Source: Planctomycetota bacterium (GTDB lineage Bacteria; Planctomycetota; Planctomycetia; Gemmatales; Gemmataceae). From it: 47,514 bases of DNA. Positions 27,602 through 35,245 of the stretch are shown piece after piece; position 1 is the stretch's first letter, and each line of letters starts with the position of its first letter. The DNA lies in assembly GCA_018970845.1 (NCBI GenBank), contig JAGWVO010000001.1, forward strand, positions 1 to 47,514, read 5' to 3'. The notes under the pieces are model-generated. The model did not search any database. It was not told where the DNA came from and saw nothing but the letters and a program-made list of their open reading frames with translations. The translations under genes were made by a program, and so were the position numbers.

Positions 27602-27628
27602 GGAATTTTGCGGATTCCTGTTGGTGTG

Positions 27629-28753
27629 TCAGGGCATGTTGGGCAACTTGTTGGCCGGCGCGGTCGGAGGTGTTTGGGCGGCCGCTGGCCCCAAGAGTTG
27701 GAAGAGGCCAGCGTCATACTGCAGCATGGCGTTGTAGAAGGTGTTGTAAGCGGCGCGGTCGCCGTCATTGGCCGCGGCGAACTTGAGCCCGCCCTTGACC
27801 ATGTTGTCGAGAACCTCGCCAACGGTTCCGCCCTGCGCCCGGAATTCACCGGTGAAATATTTCTTGGCGTCGGGGTCGGAGAGGACCCGGGCTTCCTTGT
27901 TGAGGCTGGTGACGAATCGGTTGGCCAGGATGTAGTCGCCCGGGCGGAGGTCGGAGACCATGCCGTCAAGGGCCTTCTGCAGCTTCTCGAGTTCGGCGAG
28001 CAGCTTGTTGTAAGTGTCGCCGTCGAGGTTGTCGGATTTCACCATGCGGACCGACTGGCTCACGATCTGGTCGACTTCCTGCCGGATCGGGTTGAATTCA
28101 CTCGTCCTGAGGGAGATGGGCCAACTGAGCTTGCCGTCGTTCTTGATGAGATTGAAGCCGCCGCGACCCGAGGTGCCGCCATCGTTGACATTGATGTGGT
28201 CGAGGACATCGGGGTCGATGGAGACCTGGGGTCCGCGAAGGTTGGTTTGAAGCTGGATCTTGCGGATCTCATCCATGATGGAATTAAGGGCCAGGCCGCT
28301 CATGATGTAGTGGGTCGGCGGGTTGTCCTTGCTCCAGTTGAGCGTTTCCTGCTGCTGCTGGGTGCGGACGGTTTCGCGGTACTGCCGGCTCGCGGTCGCC
28401 TCGTCGCCCCTGAGCTTGAGTTCCTCAATGCGGGTCTTGTCCCATTCGAGGCGAGACTTGTACCGTTCACGCTCGGCCTGTTGCTGTTCGATTCGGGCCT
28501 GCTGGATCTGCATCTGGTATTGGCCGTTGGCATTGGTGAGCGATGCCAGGCCCATCATGTAGCCGCCGGTGCCGCCATAGCCACCCCAGCCGCCGTAGCC
28601 GCCATATCCTCCGCCCCAGCCACCCCGGCCATATCCGTAGCCATATTGGCCAAGCCAGGAGTTCTGGAATCCGCCACCCCACTGGGCGGTGGCGGAACCG
28701 GCGACAAAAAGGATGGCCAGAAGGGCCAGGCCTAGGGAGCGAGCAAGGTTCAT
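27629..28753 (-). CDS. Exported hypothetical protein with Gly/Tyr/Trp-rich low-complexity segment and Q/E/R-rich (possibly coiled-coil) segment
   Basis: Signal peptide 'MNLARSLGLALLAILFVAGSATAQ', then 'WGGGFQNSWLGQYGYGYGRGGWGGGYGGYGGWGGYGGTGGY', a Q/E/R-rich segment that may form a coiled coil, and about 250 aa that look globular. An alternative start at 28774 is possible. Confidence 0.6.
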   Translation of the reverse strand: MNLARSLGLALLAILFVAGSATAQWGGGFQNSWLGQYGYGYGRGGWGGGYGGYGGWGGYGGTGGYMMGLASLTNANGQYQMQIQQARIEQQQAERERYKSRLEWDKTRIEELKLRGDEATASRQYRETVRTQQQQETLNWSKDNPPTHYIMSGLALNSIMDEIRKIQLQTNLRGPQVSIDPDVLDHINVNDGGTSGRGGFNLIKNDGKLSWPISLRTSEFNPIRQEVDQIVSQSVRMVKSDNLDGDTYNKLLAELEKLQKALDGMVSDLRPGDYILANRFVTSLNKEARVLSDPDAKKYFTGEFRAQGGTVGEVLDNMVKGGLKFAAANDGDRAAYNTFYNAMLQYDAGLFQLLGPAAAQTPPTAPANKLPNMP

Positions 28754-28822
28754 GATCCGGACTCCGCGAGACAAGATGTTGGGTCGGTAAGGAAGCCGGT
28801 TGAGCCAGCGGCTTCCTCCATG

Positions 28823-30304
28823 CTAAGGCTTCGGGGCGGCCGGTTTGGTCGGCGGCTTGGGAGCTGGCGGTGCTTCGGGCAGCTTTTTGAGTTCCGTGAG
28901 CTTGTCCTTCCATTTCTTCACGGCCAACTCCCGGGCGGGCGCGTCGTCCGTCGGGTCGTAGCCGATCTTCTGCCCTTCGGGGACCAACCGGTTGAGGTGC
29001 CAGATCGCCAGGCCGCGAATGGGCGCTTTCTCATTGGAAAGCTGCTTGAGCAGATAAAGGTAGGTGGAGGGTTGTTCCCGTTGCTCCTCGTTGAAGCCGT
29101 CGAGAAGGTCGATGAAGGCCTCGGCCTGCTTGGGCGTGAAGACCGACCGACCTCCAATCTTGTGCGTGGTGAGGAACTTGTAGAAGAGCTGGTCGTTTCC
29201 GGGAGCTCGGCCCATGAAATGGCGAAGGGCAATGATGCCCTCATCCACCAGCTCGGGGGTCCGGGTCGTGCGGATGAGGATGAACATCTTCTCGAGTTCA
29301 TCCAAGGCGGCCAAGCCGTAAACGGCGATCAGCCTTTCAACGGGATCCTTGCTGTTGCCAAGTTCCTCGAAAACCTTTTCGGCATCGGCTTCCTTGGCCA
29401 GAAGGGAGGCGAGTTTGTCGATGGCGGGCTTGTGCTTGGCCACCTCGGGATCCTTGGGATTCTCATTCACCCAATCAGGGACGGCATCGAGGTGTTCCGG
29501 CACGACGATGGCATCGCCCCTTGATTGGGCCTGGATCTGGGCGTTGCCAGGCGGGGCGATCAGCCGGAAGCTGTTGCGCGGATGGATGATCTCGGCCTCG
29601 CCCTTGAGGACGAGAATCAGGAGTCGCATCAAGGGAGAATTTTCGGGCGTGTATTTGGTGTCGGCGGGAAGCACCGTGAACTGGGTTCCGGGCATCCAGC
29701 GGCCGTAGACCTCAACCACCACCCGGGTTCCCGGTGTGGCCAACACAAGGTCGGAGGAGGTGAAGGGGCCGTGAATCCTGACGGTGACCTTGCCTTCCTT
29801 GGCGGTGTTGACCAGGTCGACGCGGCCCCTGTCGAACTTGAACTCGAAGTCGATTCCCGGGGACGCGGCGCGCGTCTTGATGGCTGATTCCAAGACAGGA
29901 AGCGGGTTTTTTCCCGAAAGGTCGGACCTGAGGGTCGCCGTGACCTTGCCATTGCCGGAAACAACGGCGCCATCATGGAACGAGAGCACGGTTTGTCCGG
30001 GCTCCAAGCTAAAACCGGAGTCAACCACCTTGTAGTCGTTGATGTGCGAGTCGGCCGTCATCTGGTCGAGCTTGGAGTCGGCGGACTCGGCCCGAACAAG
30101 GACCGACCCCTTGGGGCTCGCAACCTTGGCCGTGTCGTTGGCAATAGCCACGCCACCGGGGGCTACCACGGCGCCCGCGTTCGCCTTCTCGTCTGGTTTC
30201 TTCTCACCCGAGGCCCTTGGCTTCGGTTTCTCACCGCATCCGGTCAGGCCAATGGCCGAGGCGGTCAAGCCCGCCAAAAACATCCCGCGCCACCAAGTCC
30301 GCAT
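28823..30304 (-). CDS. Hypothetical lipoprotein (beta-rich N-terminal half, helical-repeat C-terminal half, Pro/Lys tail)
   Basis: Start at the ATG at 30304 with AGGAGAA RBS. Lipobox 'GLTGC'. C-terminal 'PEAPPAPKPPTKPAAPKP'. No catalytic motif recognised. Confidence 0.6.
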   Translation of the reverse strand: MRTWWRGMFLAGLTASAIGLTGCGEKPKPRASGEKKPDEKANAGAVVAPGGVAIANDTAKVASPKGSVLVRAESADSKLDQMTADSHINDYKVVDSGFSLEPGQTVLSFHDGAVVSGNGKVTATLRSDLSGKNPLPVLESAIKTRAASPGIDFEFKFDRGRVDLVNTAKEGKVTVRIHGPFTSSDLVLATPGTRVVVEVYGRWMPGTQFTVLPADTKYTPENSPLMRLLILVLKGEAEIIHPRNSFRLIAPPGNAQIQAQSRGDAIVVPEHLDAVPDWVNENPKDPEVAKHKPAIDKLASLLAKEADAEKVFEELGNSKDPVERLIAVYGLAALDELEKMFILIRTTRTPELVDEGIIALRHFMGRAPGNDQLFYKFLTTHKIGGRSVFTPKQAEAFIDLLDGFNEEQREQPSTYLYLLKQLSNEKAPIRGLAIWHLNRLVPEGQKIGYDPTDDAPARELAVKKWKDKLTELKKLPEAPPAPKPPTKPAAPKP

Positions 30305-30351
30305 CGGAGTTCTCCTAGGTTGGGCATGGGGGCCGGTCAGGCCCCGTGGAG

Positions 30352-31179
30352 TCACTTGGGGCTCACCACATGGAATTGGAAGGAAACGGGGCCGGCGACC
30401 TTCTGGTTCACAAGGTCGGTGGCGGTCACTTCAACCGTGTATTGGCCCGCCTTGCTGAGCGGAAGCAGGAAGCGTCCGGGAATCATTTGGGCCCCAGCGG
30501 GAACCTTTTCCTGCTGGCTGGCGTTCACCTCGCCCACCTGGGTGGCGGTGCTGACCACGGCACCGTTGCTTTTCACCTTCATCTCGAAGCGAAGCTTGGG
30601 GTGCTTGGTCGCGGCGTCGGTCTGGAACCCGACAACGGCGAAACCGAGGTAAAGGGCCTGACCCAAGCCGAAGACCGAACCGGTCGAGGCGAGGTTCTGG
30701 TCAACCCCGGAGGAGACACGGACGATGGCGAAGGCGGGAGGAAGAACCTCGATTTCCGCGTCCTTGGAGGCTGTTGCCTTGCTTCCGATGTCGGTGGCGG
30801 TGACCTTGAGCTTGTACTTGCCGGGTGCGGTCTTGGGGCCGAGTTCGAGGCGCACATGGGAATGCACGCTGTCGCCGCCCAAGGCATTCACGACAACGGA
30901 TTCCCCGCTGTCCATCCGGAAGACGCGGTTGCCCGCGGCGTCGCTGGCCTCGGTTTCAAGGCGAACCTTGCCGGTGCCGGTGGAATCAACCTTCACGCCC
31001 TTGAGGTCGAAGCTGAGGTAATAGGTGTCACCGGGGAAGACTCCGGCTACCGGGCGCTCGGGACCCGGGGAACCGAAGGTCGGCCGCAGGTTTTCTATGG
31101 TCAGGGCGGACTGGGCGGATGCGATCCAGACACAACAGCCGGCGATGACCGCGGCGCTCAACATGGCAGAACACTCCAT
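30352..31179 (-). CDS. Exported hypothetical protein with two tandem beta-sandwich-like repeats
   Basis: Signal-like 'MECSAMLSAAVIAGCCVWIASAQS'. The two halves each end in a similar motif: 'APGKYKLKVTATDIGSK' and 'KAGQYTVEVTATDLVNQK'. Confidence 0.55.
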   Translation of the reverse strand: MECSAMLSAAVIAGCCVWIASAQSALTIENLRPTFGSPGPERPVAGVFPGDTYYLSFDLKGVKVDSTGTGKVRLETEASDAAGNRVFRMDSGESVVVNALGGDSVHSHVRLELGPKTAPGKYKLKVTATDIGSKATASKDAEIEVLPPAFAIVRVSSGVDQNLASTGSVFGLGQALYLGFAVVGFQTDAATKHPKLRFEMKVKSNGAVVSTATQVGEVNASQQEKVPAGAQMIPGRFLLPLSKAGQYTVEVTATDLVNQKVAGPVSFQFHVVSPK

Positions 31180-31350
31180 ATCGTGAAGACCGGCCGGCCC
31201 CGCGAAGATGCGGGAGAACGAACCGAAGTCCCGAATCAGCAATTCTCTACATCAGGATAAATGGGTCGGATGAATCCGGCTACCATTTGGCAAGCCTGAT
31301 TCACGATTTTTTCTTGATTTTGATTGGGATTTTTCGCCAGGCAAGTCGGG

Positions 31351-32655
31351 TTAGTAGCGGAACTCGACCCCCGCCGAGACACCCTGGATCCAGTAGCCGT
31401 TGTTCTCCTTGAGGAACTCCGGCCGGCTGGCCGTATAGGCGACCGGCTGGTAGGAGACATTGGGCCTGGTGCGGTTGTCGAACTGGTCGTTGGCCCGGGC
31501 CACGCTCGAGAGGAACAGGAAGTTGTAGCCGATGTTGAGGCTGCACCAGCTTGTCAGGTCGAGGCCGACCTTGGCTCCGACCTCGGGGAGCACGGCGAAC
31601 CGGTTGACAACATATTGTCCGATGTTGGTGGGTTGCGTGAACACGAACCCGGGCTGGGTGAAATTGTTGATGCCCGGGGGGCCCTGCACGACCCGGTAGC
31701 CGTTGATGTTGATGCTCTGGCGGGTGGAGCCCATCGCGATCTTCACGGTGCTTTCAACGGTGAACTTGCCGAATTTCTCGCGGATTCGGCCGCCGATCTG
31801 CCCGCCGAAGAAGTTGTTGTTCACCGCCACGGCGTCGACGCCGCTCACCGTCGCGAACAATCCGTCGACATCGTTGACCGAGGTCATGCCAAGCATGGCC
31901 GATTCATTCATTTGCATCCAGCGGAAGCCCGCCAGCAAATCGGCGGCATGGCAAGCGGTGCGCCCCACATTGGCCACGAAATTGATGTCCTGTCCGAACA
32001 TCTGGTGCGAGCCCAGGTAGGCGATGTCGATGCTGGAGGGGATGATGGCGCCGGGAACGGTGTTGAGTTGCTGGTTGAGCAGCGAGGTGGCCGCGCCACC
32101 GGGCAGGGTGAAGGGGATGGTCGGGAAGAAGGCGGTCGTGTCATCGCCATGGGCGCCGTAACCGTATTCCCGGCGCTCGGTGAGGATGAAAGTGGTCTCC
32201 AGTCCGAAGGTGTTGTCGCCGTCAAGCCAGCCGCCGGCCAGCAGCCTCATGCCGCTGAAGGTTCCATAGGCGATGTCCTTGGTTGGAAACACAACGGAGG
32301 TGCCCGCGCTTCCCAGCACGCCATTTCCTAGGACCGTGCTCTGGGAGGTGCGCGGGCCCGTGGAAATGAGGGGCACGGGAGCGGTGCTGGGTTCGACGAA
32401 CCACCAGAGGAAATCCAGCGAAGTCCAGAAATCGCTCGTCAGTGGCGGGGGACTGGCGGGCGACACCAAGGGCGTGATGTCCGGGAGCGGCGTATTCGCG
32501 ATGATGGGGGGGACAATCAGGCGATTGGTGTCCTGCGGCAGCGTGGTCAGGGATGGCGGGTTGCCCGGTTCCGGTGAGTGGGCCGACTGGCCATACACGG
32601 TGCCGGCAGAACACAGGCCCGCCACGGCAAACAAGGCGGCATGCAGGATCCGCAT
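31351..32655 (-). CDS. BBP7-family putative outer-membrane beta-barrel protein
   Basis: Signal peptide 'MRILHAALFAVAGLCSAGTVYGQ', a Pro-rich linker, then 'DFLWWFVEP', alternating beta-strand patterns, and a terminal 'GVEFRY' aromatic beta-signal. Confidence 0.7.
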   Translation of the reverse strand: MRILHAALFAVAGLCSAGTVYGQSAHSPEPGNPPSLTTLPQDTNRLIVPPIIANTPLPDITPLVSPASPPPLTSDFWTSLDFLWWFVEPSTAPVPLISTGPRTSQSTVLGNGVLGSAGTSVVFPTKDIAYGTFSGMRLLAGGWLDGDNTFGLETTFILTERREYGYGAHGDDTTAFFPTIPFTLPGGAATSLLNQQLNTVPGAIIPSSIDIAYLGSHQMFGQDINFVANVGRTACHAADLLAGFRWMQMNESAMLGMTSVNDVDGLFATVSGVDAVAVNNNFFGGQIGGRIREKFGKFTVESTVKIAMGSTRQSININGYRVVQGPPGINNFTQPGFVFTQPTNIGQYVVNRFAVLPEVGAKVGLDLTSWCSLNIGYNFLFLSSVARANDQFDNRTRPNVSYQPVAYTASRPEFLKENNGYWIQGVSAGVEFRY

Positions 32656-32839
32656 GGATCGACCCCCAAGGCGTTCACCCCTTTCGCTTCAGGCGCATCA
32701 TCAATGGACGATGGCGCGCCGCCGCGAAGGCGAGGTGTTCTCCGGTGGTATCGGCAATTCGGGTTGTGAGACTTGCGCCGGGATTGACGGAATGCACACA
32801 GGAAACGGATCAGCGGGTCTTGCGGGGCCGGCGGGGCTG

Positions 32840-33286
32840 CTATTTCAAGTGAAATTCGAGGGGGGCGTTGAGATTCGAACGAATATCGGCAGATTGCCCA
32901 GACTGGGAAGGATCAAGAAAACGCGATGGAAGAACGGATGAGGCGATGGTCACGGCGTAATATCCGGGAGCCACGCCTTCCCTGCCGTCCGACCAGATCC
33001 TGAAAAATCCCTGATCATCGATGGATCCCATGCCCATCGGGCCGTCCTGCCCTCGCCTCGGGTCGGGACTGAAGACGATCGTGCCTCCAGGCAAAGGCCT
33101 GTCCTGAAAATAAACAACGCCTTGGACGGGAACCAGGTCGGCGGCCGTCTTGGAAGACCTGGGACCCCACCACGCGAAAACCAGCCCGCCGGCGAATGCC
33201 AAACCCACCACAAGCCAAGGCCATTTGCCATCCCACCATGAGGGGGGCGAATCATCCCGCTGGTTCAATTCGGGCAATTGGGGCAT
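32840..33286 (-). CDS. Membrane-anchored small protein with carboxypeptidase-regulatory-like (transthyretin-like) domain
   Basis: TM 'WPWLVVGLAFAGGLVFAWW', then 'VQGVVYFQDRPLPGGTIVFSP...DDQGFFRI...APGYYAVTI', the pattern of CarboxypepD_reg-like domains common in planctomycetes. Confidence 0.5.
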   Translation of the reverse strand: MPQLPELNQRDDSPPSWWDGKWPWLVVGLAFAGGLVFAWWGPRSSKTAADLVPVQGVVYFQDRPLPGGTIVFSPDPRRGQDGPMGMGSIDDQGFFRIWSDGREGVAPGYYAVTIASSVLPSRFLDPSQSGQSADIRSNLNAPLEFHLK

Positions 33287-33530
33287 GGGTCATCGCTCGC
33301 CAAGATCGCGTCTTTGCGGGAAGTTAGCCGGAAAACAGAGGTGGAGGCAATCCAAACCGGCCGCGGGAGGGTTCGGCTTGACCCTCCTTGGGGCCATGGG
33401 TAGAAGCGCCAAACCTCAATTGAATCCGGGAGTGCCGGAAGGCTCAAAAAACCCGGCGAATTGGCGGCGGCCAGGGACGGCCCCGCGGGCGCGACCCGAG
33501 GTGTCGTCGAAAAAGCAGGAGGCATCCCCC

Positions 33531-34244
33531 GTGAAGCGAATCGTGGCCCTTGGAATGATCGCCGTGGTCCTTGGCGGACTGGCGTGGATGGGCGGGCGCC
33601 TGACGGCGCAATCGGGCGTCGCCGGAGCCGACAGCCGCTCCCGGGTGGCGCTCCTGAACCTGTCGCATGTGCTGAAGAACTACCAGAAGGCCGTGGTCCT
33701 CAACAATGAGTTGAAGGATCTCGCCGCCCCCTTCCAGCAGAGGGCCAAGGCCAAGGCGACCCAATACGAGGCGCTGGCCAAGGAAGCCCAGACGAAGCCC
33801 GACCAGCGTGAGCAGTACGAAAAGCAGGCCAGGCAGTTGAAGCGCGAACTGGAAGACCTCTCCAACGAGACCCAGCAGGTGATGGCCAAGCGCCAGGACG
33901 ACGCCTTGGTGCTGATCTACAAGGAAGTCCAGGATGCCACCCAGCGCGTGGCGATGTCGCAGGGCTTCGACATGGTCCTGAGCTACAACGACGCCACCAC
34001 CTCCCAGGAATACTGGAGCCCGATGAACATCATGCGGAAGCTTCAGCAGGGAGCTTGCACCCCGCTGTACTTCACCCGGGGGATGGACATCAGCGCCGAT
34101 GTCGTGACGGCCCTCAACCAGGCCTACGGGCGGATAGCGCCCGCGCCCGGCGCTGGTGCCGCTCCGGCCCCGGCTGGTAGTGGTGCAGGCGCAGGCGCTG
34201 GCAACGCGCCCGCCCCCGCACCGTCGGCCGCCCCTCGTCCCTGA
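33531..34244 (+). CDS. skp: OmpH/Skp-family periplasmic chaperone
   Basis: GTG start at 33531 with AGGAGG upstream. Signal/TM 'VKRIVALGMIAVVLGGLAW', then 'RVALLNLSHVLKNYQK', a long K/Q/E coiled arm, and a Gly/Ala/Pro tail. The track ORF 5' extension (33150) overlaps the divergent gene. Confidence 0.75.
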   Translation: MKRIVALGMIAVVLGGLAWMGGRLTAQSGVAGADSRSRVALLNLSHVLKNYQKAVVLNNELKDLAAPFQQRAKAKATQYEALAKEAQTKPDQREQYEKQARQLKRELEDLSNETQQVMAKRQDDALVLIYKEVQDATQRVAMSQGFDMVLSYNDATTSQEYWSPMNIMRKLQQGACTPLYFTRGMDISADVVTALNQAYGRIAPAPGAGAAPAPAGSGAGAGAGNAPAPAPSAAPRP

Positions 34245-34313
34245 GCCAACCTTCGGGCTCCCGGTCATCGCCGGGAGCCGATTCCTTTTTCCCCAGGACC
34301 GGAGTCTCAAGCC

Positions 34314-35216
34314 TTGCTGCGACGGATCTCCCAGCGCTGCCAGCGCACCTTGGCCCGCCCCGCCTCCATCCGGGGAACCGGATTCCTGACGGGCCGTGAC
34401 ATCAGCGTCCGGTTCCTGCCATCACCCGCCGGCAACGGCATCGAGTTTGTCCGAACCGACCTTCCGGGAAGGCCTTCCATTCCCGCTCATGTCTCGCGCG
34501 TCACCGGCACCGCCCGCCGCACCACCTTGGGTGGCGAACAGGGCGTGAGCCTTGTGGAGCATGTGCTGGCGGCGCTCGCCGCCCACCGCGTCGACAACTG
34601 CGTCATCGAGATCGACGCGCCCGAGCCTCCGGGGCTTGACGGCTCGTGCCAGGGTTTCGTGGAACTGCTGGCGGAGGGCGGAACGCGCACGCTGCCCGCG
34701 CCAAGGTACAGCTACGGCGTCGAGAAGCCCGTCACCGTCTCGGCTGGAAACGCCAGCCTGACGCTGCACCCGGCGGACAGCGCCGAACTCACGATCACTT
34801 ACATGCTGGATTACGGGTCGAACTCGCCGATTCCCCGGCAGATCCACACGCACCAGTTCTCAACGGGCGAGTTCATCCGCAGGATCGCGCCATGCCGCAC
34901 CTTCCTGCTCAGCGGCGAGGTTGACGCGTTCCGGAGCCAGGGGCTCGGCTCAAAGACCTCCTTCAAGGATCTCCTCGTGTTCGGGCCTTCGGGTGTCGTG
35001 GGCAACCGGCTGCGTTTCGGCGACGAGCCGGCGAGGCACAAGGTGCTTGACATCCTTGGCGACATGGCGCTGGCCGGCTTCGACATCGCCGGGCATGTCG
35101 TCGCCTGCCGGTCGGGCCATCCGCTCAATGTGGCCCTGGGCAGGCAGTTGGTTTCCATGGCGGGGGCCGAGCGCCCAAGCTCCTTCATCGACCGGCGATT
35201 TCTCCGTTCAGCTTGA
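34314..35216 (+). CDS. lpxC: UDP-3-O-acyl-N-acetylglucosamine deacetylase
   Basis: 'VEHVLAALAAHRVDNCVIEIDAPEPPGLDGS' and 'ARHKVLDILGDMALAG' match the LpxC zinc-site and signature regions. TTG start. Confidence 0.9.
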   Translation: MLRRISQRCQRTLARPASIRGTGFLTGRDISVRFLPSPAGNGIEFVRTDLPGRPSIPAHVSRVTGTARRTTLGGEQGVSLVEHVLAALAAHRVDNCVIEIDAPEPPGLDGSCQGFVELLAEGGTRTLPAPRYSYGVEKPVTVSAGNASLTLHPADSAELTITYMLDYGSNSPIPRQIHTHQFSTGEFIRRIAPCRTFLLSGEVDAFRSQGLGSKTSFKDLLVFGPSGVVGNRLRFGDEPARHKVLDILGDMALAGFDIAGHVVACRSGHPLNVALGRQLVSMAGAERPSSFIDRRFLRSA

Positions 35217-35245
35217 GTTCCGAGGCATCACCGGGAGGGCGCGAC

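Noticed and set aside
26600-27628. tRNA-Leu as an integration site for a genomic island (tRNA, then a small acidic ORF, then a long odd spacer).
   Set aside because: I found no integrase or recombinase and no direct repeat of the tRNA 3' end (GGGTTCGAGTCCCATCTCCAGC) downstream. The following genes have the same high-GC coding style as the rest of the window.
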